Shown here piece by piece: positions 1-13,559 of a stretch of DNA of 64,000 nucleotides. Within the stretch, counting starts at the first letter, position 1; each line of letters begins with the position of its first letter. Position numbers and translations under genes: made by a program. Source of the DNA: Paraspadella gotoi (Eukaryota > Animalia > Chaetognatha); contig CM119268.1 in NCBI GenBank assembly GCA_051294375.1, positions 15,218,172 through 15,282,171 on the forward strand, read 5' to 3'. The notes under the pieces were generated by a model that was not told where the DNA came from, made no database searches, and worked only from the letters and a program-made list of their open reading frames with translations.

Positions 1-1648
1 CAGAATTGCAATTTCCTCGCCTCGTCCAACATCGCCTTTCGTCTTTCCGCCTGAAACTTTGCCTCCTCTAAATCGATGGCAACTCTCTCCTCTTCCGCTT
101 TGCGTTGCTTTTCCTGCAGAAAGAAAAGAGAATTGGAGAAGAGAATCTGGAGATTCGAGGACTCGATTGGCCAGTGGCCTCCAAAGGCCCTCGGGAGGCC
201 AACAGGGACCCAAGAAGCCCCCGAGAATCCTCTCGAGAGGCCGCCTAATCCGGATCGTCTTTACCTTGATCTTTTCTAGTCTCTCCCGATGAAGACTCGC
301 GGCGTTGGACCTTGCTTTAGACGCGATCTTGATTTTCCTTTGGTCTTCGAAGAATTTTTGCCTCTCCTCCGCCTCTCTGAATGGTAAGGTGAGGTAAGGT
401 AAGTCCACAGTTACAATTGCGTTACAAGGTCGATGGCGAATGCTAAGAACCTACTTTTGACAACTGGAGTTAATATATGTTTAATATTGAATATGATCAA
501 CGTAATGAATACCAGGGCTTTGGTCTGTGTAAGATAAACATTAAAAATATATCTTTAAAAGATAGGATAAGCAACAATGAAGGATCACCATTTGGTGATG
601 GCTCGCCTATACCTGGATATTGGGATTAAAGAGCCGAAATCCATGAAGGGTATAGGTTCCCAACTGATGACCTTCCCATTGTATAAACATAATAGATAAA
701 AAATATTCAGAAATAGAATAATTAAAAATTAGGATAAAGGAAAAAATTTATTTTCATTAAAGTATTTTAAAATTATATTCATGACATAAAGGTGCCCCTA
801 TAGACCTTTCCCCAGTATGTATCCCTATCAGAACATACAATTCTACTTTGTAGTCTTATCCCTATTAGTTTAAAAAAAAAAAAAAATCATATATAACTTT
901 GGTCCCCCATCAAAAAATTATCCATTCCCACCCCTTTCTGTTCAGCCTATTAGATATTATGATTTTTCATTAATGACTTTCTAACAGGAATGATGTGTGA
1001 TATCTATTAGAAAACTAGGACAGATTGTAATCTAACCTTGTGTTGTGTAGATGCTCCCTCTATTTCCAGAAGACAACACTGACTTCCCATTCCCAAAATG
1101 AGTTATTAGATATAATGATAAGTAAAAAATTTTTAAGAAAGCAATATATATATTTAAAGAATATAGATTAAATAGTAAATCTTTCATAAAATATAAAAAT
1201 AAAAAATAAAAAATAGTGAAACAAGTAATTTGAAAATTTTCATAAACAAATTCACTGTGTCAACCTCACAGACGAGATCTCACCTCTCTGACTCGGCGAT
1301 GGTTTCCTTCATCCTGAGGATTTCTTCCGGCGAGATCCTCGTCGTCCCTCGCAGATCTTCGGTCGGAACAGGTCGTTCAGACGCGAGTAGCTCCTCCACC
1401 ATCGCCACCGCCCTCTTCAAGGGTTAATTATTAACTTAATCTCGATTAAAGCTTTCTTTACGTAAAATAATTTATTGCATACATGTATCTGTTTCCATAC
1501 TTAACAAGTATTCCGATGAACATTATTTTCGAAGTTATTAGATCAAACACATCAACTATACTACCTTGGGATCCATATCCTTTATCGAGGGCTTCGTCGT
1601 CGTTTGCTTAGGCGAACCCCTCCGCCTTCCAAACTCTACCAACGCCAT
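1..1648 (-). CDS. CFAP210: Cilia- and flagella-associated protein 210 (CCDC173)-like, 5' exons 1-4; continues beyond left edge
   Basis: Phase-consistent GT-AG exons 1648-1565, 1414-1284, 376-265 and 113-<1 give MALVEFGRRRGSPK...DLRGTTRISPEEILRMKETI...KQRKAEEERVAIDLEEAKFQAERRKAMLDEARKLQF. This resembles the recalled CCDC173 N-terminus (LVRFGRRCG; LDLEEE..KQGKRKKAIENAKQYQF). Not in the ORF track. Confidence 0.75.
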
Positions 1649-1786
1649 CGAGTTAATTTGTAAATTAGCTTTTATTTATCCAATTAGTTTGAGGCATTCT
1701 ATCAGTAAAAATGTTTTCGCTTTTCATAAACATTCGTTTTGTTTCCTTTGATTCGGTTCAGAGCGACAAAAATAATGGGACCATCA

Positions 1787-1800
1787 GTAACTATGACGAC
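1787..1800. promoter_or_regulatory. Candidate RFX X-box upstream of CFAP210
   Basis: GTAACTATGACGAC, a 14-bp near match to the X-box (GTHNYY-AT-RRNAAC, one mismatch), ~140 bp upstream of the CFAP210 ATG in the divergent promoter region. Confidence 0.4.
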
Positions 1801-1807
1801 AGATCAA

Positions 1808-1911
<104 letters not shown>

Positions 1912-2884
1912 CGGCTCTGCTCTTCCTCCTCCGTAAGCATTTCTGTTCTCTAAAACTTATAATTTATGTATATTTTTTTCGTCCCAGTCTTTCATAATAA
2001 CTAAATAAGTGTAACTAACTGAATCTCTTGGGGCACTACTTAAGCTTATTGAGGGATACTATATACTTAGACGTCAATAGGTAAAAATCTCATATCAATG
2101 GGTACTAACTACTTAATTCTTTTCAAGAACTTCCAAAGAAATGATGATGATATGGAGAAGTAGATCATGATCGTTGTTTATCGAGATTATTTTAAGCAAT
2201 CGTTAAAAAAGAAAGATTTATGTTTTACTTATCGTTTCGTGTCAATTTCCACGATGATGAGAAAGCAGGTTCGATTCTTCTTCAAAAAAGCCTCGTAGAT
2301 AGGTTGCGATTTCGATCTGAGGTAAACCGAATTGACCACCACGACAACAACAACAACAAAAACTATGAAGACTACGACGAGGTTCAATACAATTCCCGGT
2401 TTTCAATCGAGGGAAAAAAGTAAGAATACAATCCCGATGTCGTGTCTTTATAATAATTCGTGCGAAGGCGACTTCATTAAAAGTAAGTAAAGAGACTAAG
2501 GTTAAAAGAAAAAGGATTTTAATCTCCAAGAGATGATATAACCTGTTGATCCGAGAGATGGATTAACTTTCCATAAAATTTTGTTGACCGGACTTTCATT
2601 TTCGTCGCAATTCGGGGCCCGCGATTCGAACCCTTGACGTTCGAAAGAGACGCAGCCGATTCGACAACATTTTATATCTTCTGAGTGGGAAAAGCGGTCA
2701 CTGTGGGCTCAGTGGACATTGGCTGGAGTAATACATATTAAATTATCCCCATTTCTCCACATACACCTGACCTCGGAAACGATTTAAACCGACCGAACTA
2801 ATAAGAGAATCTTACGCGTTCGCAAAATAAAATCCGAAAGCCAATCACATCCATCCAAACTGAGTTCACAATCTAATCTAAAAA

Positions 2885-3668
2885 ATGTCGGACATGGGCT
2901 CTCCCGATCGATCCAATACCAAGATGTCCAACAGAGATTCCCCCGCGGCGGTGCTTCCTCTTCAGGACAAACTCCAGCGACCTCGAATCTCAAATTTGTC
3001 TCAACGTCCCTTCAGCGACGAACTTTGGGCTCAACCGTCTCACAATTTGGGGGCCTTTGCTCCGGCCAGGGTCACGGCTCCCGCGGGATTCGCCAACCTC
3101 GTCTGGGCCTTGTCCAAAGAGGTTAGAGTTGCCGTAGGTGGAGGGAGGCGGGAGAAAAGAGAAACTCGGTTTTCAATGATCTCCTCTTTGGATCGATTCT
3201 CAGGTCATACGCTTCAACGTTCGCGGCACGCCGGAATTCAATCATTTCTCGGCCGAGTTTTTCCGTCGCCTCGTCGCCACGAGATCCGGCGCCGGAATGG
3301 AGGAAACGCGGCGCCTCGTTCAAGAAGGAGTCAGTTTCACCGACGACGCTGCGACCGACGTCACCGACGCCACGGACTACGCCACCGACGTCACGGCCGG
3401 ATCCGACGACGTCAGGGGCGCCGGCGACGGAGAAGAAGAACGCCCGATTTTCTTTGACGCCGGCTGCGCCGTCGACGCGGAATCGATGGAAAGTGGAATC
3501 GAGCCGAGCAAAGCGGAGAGCGCCGCGACTCAGACGGGCGGTTGGGGTCGCGGAGACGGCGACGTTTCCATTGCATTTTCTGGACCGGAGTTGCAGCGGT
3601 TCTGGTTGGAAGCGACCAAAGCCGGGGCTTTTGCCGCGAGAGAGTTGGGTTACGAGAAGCACCTCTGA
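2885..3668 (+). CDS. RIIa dimerisation/docking-domain protein (Sp17/CABYR-like), 2 exons, 233 aa
   Basis: Exons 2885-3121 and 3204-3668 with a phase-0 GT-AG intron join two ORFs from the track. The junction reads RVTAPAGFANLVWALSKE|VIRFNVRGTPEFNHFSAEFFRRL, matching the Sp17-type RIIa pattern (IPQGFGNLLEGLTREIL...FAAAYFESL), followed by an acidic tail. Confidence 0.7.
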
Positions 3669-4055
3669 AGGGGAGAGGGGAGACAATTGAAAGGGAAAGG
3701 AAAAGGGAAATAGAACTACAAATGGGAAGGTAGAAAAAGAAAGAAGATAGAAAAAGGTGATGTTACCTTCGTCACGCTAAATTAGCTCTATATGATTTAT
3801 AATGGAATGGGCGCTTCCAATTGACTGATACTGAGTCATACTCTCTCTCCCTTTCTCTCGTTCTTCCTCTCTCTGTCTCTCTCTCTCTCTCTCTCTCCTC
3901 TCTCATCCCTCTCTCCTCTCTTTCTCTCTTCTTCTCTCTCTCTCTTTTCCCTCAGAAACTCTCTCCGCCCAAAATAGGGAAGCTGCTCTTATCCACTTTT
4001 TATCGGAAGGCGTAAAATCTCGGAAGATTGTAAATCTTTTATGGGAAGAAACAAA

Positions 4056-4101
<46 letters not shown>

Positions 4102-4816
4102 AAACAACACCCTAACTTCATTTTATCGGTCTACCGTATAAAATAAGTAACAATGCATAAATTATCATAAAGAAAGCAAACCAAGCCTCTTCCGAGCGTT
4201 CTCCCTTCAGCATTTTTCGCTATTCGCTATTTCGCTATTATTGATTTACAAGTTAAAACTCCAGTAATTCCATATCTAAAAGAGTCGATTTAACTTATTT
4301 TTTAAAAAATCTACTTAAAATTTACACGCACGTAACCACAACACACAAATATCCGCGAGCTATACTCACACGCCCAACCACAACAACTAAAACCCAATTA
4401 GCTGAAAGCTATTATTTAAATAGTCACAGCTCCGCCCAAAAAGCCAGGGATCGTAACATCCGTGACATTTACCGGCTTCACTCACACAAAACTAAAAACG
4501 CACACAAAAACAAGAGAAATTTGATTTTTTTTTGTTGCCTGATTATCAATTATCCTCTGTTCTCTTTCTTTCTTTTAAATTTTTCTTTCCTTCTCTCTGA
4601 AATAATCATGATCTATAATGTTCTCTGATTATAGTACAAAAATCGTTTTATCCTTGAGCTTTTTCTAACTCCCCAAGTAAATATTTTCTTTTGGGCGACC
4701 TGTTAATTCCCTTTTACCATCAGTGGTCGAGCAAGATTTGGAACTAATTTGCTTTACTTATGGATATCACTTCTCTCCCGATTTCTAAACCAATTTGGAC
4801 CGCCCTAACTTTACAT

Positions 4817-4874
<58 letters not shown>

Positions 4875-5770
4875 AACACAAGGGATGATTTATGACAGTC
4901 ATTTCTCTTTTTATTTGGTATTGTTCATCTCGATGCCTGTGATTAGCATAAATGAGTATAATCAGAAAGAATGAGATGATACATAAAGAAAAAAATCGGA
5001 ATATAAATGTTATTTCTACTATTTGGTACAATGTCTTTTTAATAGTAAAAATGACGAGAAGAAAAATACGCATCCATAAATTTTCTATGAACAGGCAGAT
5101 AAATAATTTTCGTTAAAAATTTTTGGACTAATTTTTTTATTTTTTGCTCGAGGAAGAAAACATCTACGGATATTCTAAAACATCATAAGCTATTACAAAA
5201 AAATAAATACTACTAGAAAAAAAGGACGATGAAAAGATCTTTCGCCGAACTAAATGAAAAAAAAAATTCGGTGCTGAACGAAAGAAAAGCCTAAATATTT
5301 AACCTTTGCCCTTTAAAACTCAAAAAAAGGGATAAGTCATCAAAAATGATAATTCTATTTCTACTATTTGCTAACAAATGAGAATCAGTAATCCCATGCA
5401 ACTAAAGAATAAAAAAAAAATCAGTTGTACAGAAAATTTAAAAAAATGGAGGATGGGTCAGTCAAAAATAATTATAATAATTATAATAGTGAAGATAATG
5501 ATAGTAATGCTTTACAAATTAAAATATTTCACAGAACTGTGAGTTGATTGTTATTCATTCATCGCAATCTTATTATAAAAAGTTTTCCGCACAATGAATT
5601 AGGGTTAAAAAAAAAAACAAAAACAAAACAGAAAAAAAATGCGCTTCTCTGGTCTTTCGATCTCTTTTAAGAAAAAAATTCACAATCGGAGGATGACGTG
5701 AAATAACCTCAAAGTCTGACGAGGTATTTTACGCGTATGATTGCCCCAAATTCCTCGCGCCGTCGGGACA

Positions 5771-8700
5771 TCACTCTCGCCCGGTCCATTGCGACCGACC
5801 GACCACGCCAGACCTGGGCCACTTGCCCACTTGGGCGTCGCAGGGCTGCGTGTTGCATCGAAGCGTGTCGAAGGGTCGCTCCCGGATGTTGCACGACGAG
5901 CTGGGCATGGGATGTCCGGATCGCCACTGACAGGCCACCTGCCGCGTCTTGACTCCTCCACCGCAGGTTACCGAGCACTCTCCCCACTCGGTGTAGTGCC
6001 AGACGGGGCAGGGGCCGGCGTGGCACTCCGCCACGTCCCGGGGTCGCCAGCGTTTGTCGCAGCCCAAGGCGGGACCGTTTTCGTCGTGACACTCGACTCT
6101 GCGACGCTTGACGCCATTGCCACAAGAGGAAGAGCAAGGCTTCCACGACCACGTGAGCCACCGCAGAGTCCCAACCACCTCGTTGTTGTCGATTCTCGCC
6201 ACATCAAAGTTGCTATTGCCACGAACGCAAGCTTGACGGTTGCAAGCTTGCTCCGAGATTGGTCTGAGCTCCATCTCGCAGTCATTGGCCTCAGTCTGCT
6301 TGTCCAGCATGATGCACTTGACGAGGCGCTTCTGAACGCCCTCTCCGCACGTGACGGAGCAACCGTTCCACTTGCCCGTGCGCCAGTGGCCGCATGGGGT
6401 TCTGTAGCAATCTTCAATTTCCGCCGGCTTGGGGGCACTACACTCTTCAAGGGCTTTGACGTTGTTGACGCTGTCGTAACATCGGACGTACCGCTTGCGA
6501 ATTCCCTGACCACAGGTTCTAGAGCAAGAAGTCCAAGCGCCTGTACGCCAGTAGGTTTGGGCAGAGGGGCGTTGGGGCAACGAGGGAGCAGGAGATTGCG
6601 GTGGACGCAGATTGCTGCTGCCGCTACTCGTCGGTCGTCGTGGACGCGATGAGCGTGACCGCGGTCGATTGAATCGGAAGGAATGACTGGGGTTGCGTGA
6701 CGGCGTTGTAGGTGGAGCCGGAGGCGCCTCGCACGGTGGCAGGCCGCAATCTTCTACGTCTATTGGGCGGATCTGGTTGCTGCAAGACTGATCTTCAAGG
6801 AATGTCCGTCCATCGGCAGCAATGCACTTCACCGCCCTCATGTGGGTGCCCTTGTCGCAGCGGCCCTGACACTGGGACCAGGGGCCTGTGGTCCATCGGG
6901 GACATGCCTCAAAGGGACATTCCGCGACTGGACGGGGTTTTTGGCTCGAATCACAGTGTTTGTACGAAACGTCGCGACCGTCGCGGGTGCAGCTAACCTG
7001 AAGTGGAGATGAAAAGTTTAAGATTAAGATCTAAAAGTGTTTGACTTCAGAAACAAGAACCGTTAAGTTCAAGGCATCGCACTGTTGTAACTTACTGACA
7101 TGGAGATTCATGTAACTATATAAGTACTTAGTCGGGCATTGCATAAGCTATTAAGCATGATAACTTCAGTCGTGATCCGGCGGCTCATTGAGTAATATTA
7201 TCTGCTCATGACCATTAGATACCGGGATTGAACCCGAAAAAGGTAATCTAATTTATCATTTTATTTTTATCTTTCATTTTTTCTCCGTCTTTCAACTTTC
7301 ATATTTTACATTTTATGCTCAATAAATTCGCACCTCATTTTCCCCCAGATTTTTCCTCATTCTTACAATGATAATTTTAAATGTCCAAATCTTGTAATAA
7401 AGGCTAAAACCATTATCTGATGAAACAATTTCTAATTTACCTAAAAACATTTTTGAACAAAGTTTTATTCGACAAAGTTTCAAGTTAACCCCAAACATGC
7501 CGCCAATGCTCACCGTCCGGTACTTCATCGCCTTTCCGCAAGTGGAGGAGCACGCCGACCACGGACTCGTCCGCCACTCGGGACAAGGCAGCGGATTGCA
7601 GCTCTGCTCCGACTCTCTCGGCACGTTCTCGCATTCGGCTTCCTCGCGCCGGTTGTTGTCGTTGTCGTAGCACTGAGCCGTCCGGGTCCGTCGTCCGCCT
7701 CCGCAAGTCAGACTGCACTCGGACCATGGAGAGTAGACCCAGTGGACGACGGGGCAGTAGCCGTGGCACTCCAGCCGTTCGGCCGGCTTGGCTCCGTGCT
7801 CCTTAATGCAGTAGTCATCGGAAACGTACTTGATGACGCCGCCCTTCTTGAAGATTTTGCCGCATTCGATGGTGCGCATCTTTGTGCCTTTGCCACAAGC
7901 GGAGGAGCACTCCGAGGTCCAAGTCGTCAACCAGGTCAGGGTGCAGTTGTCTCCGCAGGGAAAGCGGATGCGCGGCGGACGGGGAAGGTGGGAGCAGCGG
8001 AAATCTGCCACCTTTTAGAGAATGAAAAGAGAGTTGAGGAAATCCGTTCGAGTTCAGAAATAAAAAATACTTTTTACAAAACCCACCGTTTGTTTCGTAT
8101 CCTCTCTGATGCACAACAGGATTTTCTCCATCTGGCCATTACAGACGTGGGAACATCTCGAGTACCGTACAGTCCGATGATCCCATCTGTAGGTCACTTT
8201 TGAAAGTTGGACTCCAGACTCTTGAATCATATACTCCCACTGGACATTGGGGGGATGAAGTTGACCAACAGACAGCACCTGGATCAAAAACGGATATATG
8301 TTTAGATTTATTTAAATGTAAAGTGAAAATCGAGAAAAAAATTGTTATTTCTTTGCCTACCAGATGAAAAATATTAAAACAAAGTAGTATTGATAATTTA
8401 TTCATGATGAAATAGCACTGTACTTCGAAGACTTCCGTCTTCCTCTAAAGGGCAAATATGAAATGAAAAAAAAAAAATAAATGTCAAGAAGACCAATACA
8501 CGGAGTTAAAAGAGTGAAGTGATGTGATTGGTATTTTTTTAACAAATCATCAGACGTCTAGCCAATCACAAACAACTATCCGCTTTCACATTAACCAATG
8601 ATCAACGGAAGCAGATCGACATCGGGGATTGCGAAGGAAGATCAAAAGCCTCTCTTCATGAACTTGAAGAACCGGACCTTCGTCGATCCCTTCATCATCA

Positions 8701-11700
8701 TGAAACTAAATGAACAAACAAAATCGAATTTGAAACAAAATACAATAGTCAAAATGAAATGAAAGAATTGAAGAATTCAGTCAATGGCTAAACACCGGTA
8801 TAACCGATGACTTAAATATTAAAAAATAATATTAAAGAAAAGATAAGAAGATATTAATATTATGTTAAATATATGTCTTCTTCCAAATTTTTATTGTCTT
8901 TTTGAAACCTGTTCCTTCTTTGCTGCCCCTGGTTCAGAGATTTTTCATCTGGCATGCAGAGACAATCAATTCTCAGTTATTATTAGACACTAATCCTGCC
9001 GGAATCAAAACTTTAGATTTATTGGTATCAAATTTTCACCTGTACTATAATATCCTCTGGTAAGATGTGTCCAGGTTGCAGGAGAATCGTCTCAGTAATT
9101 TGATTGGATCCCGAGTAAGTTAGCTTAACGTTGCCAATCTTAATGTCTTTTTTGAACATGCTGACCATGAACTTGCCGTTGAGCAGGTATCGTTGAGCCG
9201 TCGTCATCAGCGCCAAATAATTGTCGTCATCCTTGGAATCGTGATAACCTTTTTGTGTTACCTGGAAAAGAAAATTATGGAACTAAGAACTTGAGTAATA
9301 GTGTTTTAAAGGTTTATTTACATTTTATTTATTTATATTTAAAAAAAAAATAATGAAGCAAAGAAAAAAATTAACAGTTTTGATATAAAATAAAAATTCT
9401 TGGCTAAGGCTAACATCGACAGGGGATTCCGAAATTACCTTCAGGTAAGTGGCCCCGGCCGGAATTCGATGAATGGTGTTGTAACCGTAGCGCACTTCGT
9501 TGTAGCTGCCGTTGATTTTCTTGCAAAAGGAGTTGTCTCCGCCGCAGACTCCGCACTTGTCTCGGGTCAAATTCGAGTTGAGTTTGTTGTCGCATCCCGC
9601 GCGCACGCAGATTCCTTTCACGCACACGTCGTCCGTGTGCGGATTGCACTTGGTTCCGTCTCGTACCTCGTGAGTCAAGGGAAGGTAATATTATAGTTTG
9701 GAGGATGGTGCTTAAAATATTATAGCAAAATTCCCTACTTACCTTGGGTGCCAATTCGTAGTGATGCAACGTTCCGTTGATCCGGCAGATGAGCTTGCAC
9801 TGCTCGCTCAGCGGAATTCCATTGTACCTCGGAACCCAATGGGAATTAGGATGGAAGTGTTCCAGTGTTCTAAAAAAACAAAGCTTTTTTTTAAATTTAC
9901 AGATCGAATTGGAATCTATAGTAGAGCGTAACATTCTTTGAAATATTATACCACTTCATTGATAGGGAAGCCAGGTTCACCGGGAGTGAATAAATAAGAC
10001 TGTGAGAGAGTCTTGATTGAAAGCTTGCAGAAACCTGCTATGTTATTATCTTGTAAGTGTGATGGAGGCCTTAAACCACCAAAGCCTGTCAAAAGTCAGG
10101 GACAAGATAGCTTATTTATTAAATGAATGGATAATTTTTATATTGGTCGTACCAATTTCATAATGTAAAATTTTTTTTTTGCAAAATTACTTCATCAATT
10201 CAATCGTAGCCTAAATAAGCCTAAGTAAGCCTAAATAAGCCTAAGTAAATATACTTAAACGTGGTGTTTGGTCAGGAACCTGTGTTTCCCGTTAAAGCCG
10301 GCGCATTGTTCGGCCCGAAAGTCCTCGAATTTCCCGCCCGGCGAACAGTCTTTGGGGTTGCACGATCGATACTTTTCCCGCCAACCCGTGCAAAACTTTC
10401 CCCCGTTCTTAGGCTCAGGATTTGTGCAAGACCGTTTGGAGACCGCGATTCCGCCCCCGCAGGGCCTGGAGGATAAGAAGCCTTAAATGAAATTTGCTTC
10501 AAAAATCCTAAATTATGATAATATAATTAATTAAATAGTATATATATATTTTTTGAAATTTATATCAATTCTGACTGTAACTAGTTAACCAAAGCCATTT
10601 TGTTCACCTTGAACAAGGACTCCAAGTGGACCAATCACTCCAGCCCCCGTCGACACGTTGTTTATGGGTGGCGATGTCCACGAGCTCACAACTCCCTCGC
10701 CAGCACCACTTGTGGTGATCGCACGGAGATCCATCCGCCCACGGCATGTGGTGAGTACGGCAGCCCGTGTTCTCCGCCCCGCGCGGACCCGTGCACCAGA
10801 GCCGCTTGCATTTGGGCATGTAGGGGCAGACTTTTGATCCAAGGCCGAAGACCAGCTCGCACTGGACGTTTCCATTATAGAGTTCACCGGGCAAATTCAG
10901 TGCCTTCTTGTCGACCTGAAGGGAGTAGAAGTTGTGAGATGGTGCTTACTGCTTAGGTTACGACTTGATTTCGGAATTGTCTCCATTCTTCACAATCGAA
11001 TCACGATCTAAAATTCATCTGGCGCAACCAACGTCTGTTACCACTGCCTACAACATTGTACACCAAAATCCGATACCTGACTCTGCAATGCCTCGTGAGT
11101 TGGTTTGTCTGTGAGGCACTCCCCGTTGCCCTTGTCCAAAAATTCGGTGAGGTAGTAAAGGCTGCAAGCCGACCAGGACCACGGGTGAGTGTGATAGTCG
11201 AGAGTCGGGGCCATCACATGATACAACTGGTCACGTGATCGGAGCATGTGCTCGCGGCACTTGACGTCATCGTCGTGCGGCATGTTGAAAACGTGACCTG
11301 AGTCATTGAAGGCGAGTAAAGATGTTGCTCACAAGACAAAAACATTAAAAAAAAAAAAGAAATTAAGAAGCAAATGAAAACTGAAATTAAATTAAAAAAA
11401 AACTTGTAAGAAATTAAACAAATGTGTTTGAATAATGAATATATCACTGCTAAGACCAAAAAAAAAAGAAAAAAAAACAACTAATGACGAATAGTAAAGT
11501 CTTCTCTCACTTCCTCACCAATCTCGTGGGCGATCGTAAAGGCTGTGGACAGCCCCGAGTCTTCGCTGATGGCGCAACTCCTTTTTGGGTCGCACATGGT
11601 CCCAAGCTCGGCGAGGCCAAGAGTGTCGCATTTGCCCACCGACCGACAGATGTCCTCCCGCGTAACCAAGATGGCCGTATCGAAATGCAGCGGGTCCGCG

Positions 11701-13518
11701 TCGTCGGGCTCGTTGTGCCGCTCTTGCCACTGGCAGAAGCTGCGCAGAGTGGCTGGGGCATCGCCAGAGATCTTGGGGCCTTTTTCATTTGGGAAGGAAA
11801 GAAAGGGAGATGAGAATTATTATTATTAATATTATTAATAATCATCAATAAATTGCGGATTTTGGAATCTTTAGGTTTTGGTTCCTTTTACATAGTCTTA
11901 GTTAATATTAATGAAGTGAAGTGAACACTGAACAGTCCTTTCGCTCCTTTTCCGACAGAGAGAGAGATAGAGAGAGAGAGAGGAGTTTACCTTGACTTTC
12001 CGTGTGCAGCACAAGCAGCTTGACCAGAACGATGTTGATGTGGTTTCCTATGCTTTTGTCCTTGTAAATGCTGGAGACGACGGCCATGAGAGTGAGAACG
12101 TAATGCTGTAGACCCTTTCCGTGATATTGTTGCATGCGGGGGTCCACCACGACTAGGGCTTCCACGTAGCGTTCCCACGAGACCTGAGCGTGACGTCTAG
12201 GAAGATTGTTTAACATTGGTTAAATTGGCTGGTTTAAAAACAAAAAAAAAATTGTTTAATGTCAAAGCCATTACCTGTAACGCGAGTGGGCGAGTTTTTC
12301 GTCCGGATGGTCGTCGTCGCGGTCATCGTGGTCATCGTGATCATCGTCGTGGTCATCGTCATCGTTGTGGTCATCGTCATCGTTGTGGTCATCGTCGTCG
12401 ACAAAGTATAGATGCGGATCGGATGGTGTTGAGCAAAACGAAGATGAAGAAGAAGCGTTGTTGTGGTTGTCTTTTCTCCCCTCGTCTTTGTCTCTCCTTT
12501 CTCCGCTTTTCCAAGCACCTCGCCGCCCCTCGCCCGCACCGCCTGGTCCAGTCCGCCAAACCCGGTGCGGCCGCCGCCTCAACCCCGCCTCGCCTTCCCA
12601 ACAACGTCCGCCTTCTCCGCAATCTTCGGCGGGCTCGATGAGGAACGCCCTCTTCCCGCTGACGATTCGCCCGCGCAGCCCGTGGCAGAGCGAGGCGGTG
12701 ACGGTGGAGGTGGGGTCGCCGTCGACGACCCCGTCGAAGAAGCAGTGACGGTCGGGTGCTGGAGGATCGGAGGAAGATGGAGGAGTGGAGAGTAGGAATA
12801 AACAAATGAACAGCGATGAACAGAATGGATGGGAAAAACTTAAATCATAGTTTTAATAAGTAGTGAATTGAATAAAAATGTTTGCTAAATTTTCATTTGT
12901 AATTGTATATTCTGTATTAATATAACTATTCATATTCATACCGAGTTATTTTTTACCTTTTCTGTAACCAATTTTACTTTTAGATAAAGGGAAATTATTT
13001 AATTTAGATACGATTTTGATTTATTTTGATTTTTATTAATGAAAAACTAGAATTGAATAGACATGGATTAGCATTAAACATTAAAAAAAATCTCCCGAAC
13101 GGTCTTTTAACCCACCCGCCTGATCCACGACGGGCTCCAGCCAGGTCTCGTTGTCCCCGAGATGTTGTACGACGAGATTGGGGGCGATGAAGGCGCGAGA
13201 GGGTCGATCGAAGCGGAGGAGGAGACGGCGACCGAAGGCGGTGAAGCGAAAGTGGATCACGGGTTCATCCTCGGCGGAGGAGCTCGCGGAATCGTTCGTC
13301 GACTCCTTCGACCTTCGGTTCTTCGAAGGATCCAACCGAGACAGAAAGTGGGCGTGATCCGGAAATCCTCGTCCACGATCGTCGACTCGACGAGGATGCG
13401 TCAGATGCCAAGAGATTTCGTTGGCGTCGTCGCTCGTGGCGTCGACTTGACCGGAAGTCCGAAAAACGTCCGACGCGAAGTTAGTTTTTTCGCTTTGGGT
13501 GAACGTAGTTTTGTCTTT

Positions 13519-13559
<41 letters not shown>

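Noticed and set aside
383-404. Tandem GTAAG donor-like repeats
   Set aside because: Antisense to a CFAP210 acceptor region; best read as a short pentanucleotide repeat.
3123-3686. 187-aa minus-strand ORF with a pyrimidine-rich acceptor, considered as a further ADAMTS exon
   Set aside because: No TSR or GON features; it is the shadow of the plus-strand RIIa gene.
7170-7240. tRNA/SINE-like A and B boxes (also GATTCGAACCC at ~2623)
   Set aside because: No cloverleaf, and no second copy in the window; at most degenerate SINE remnants.
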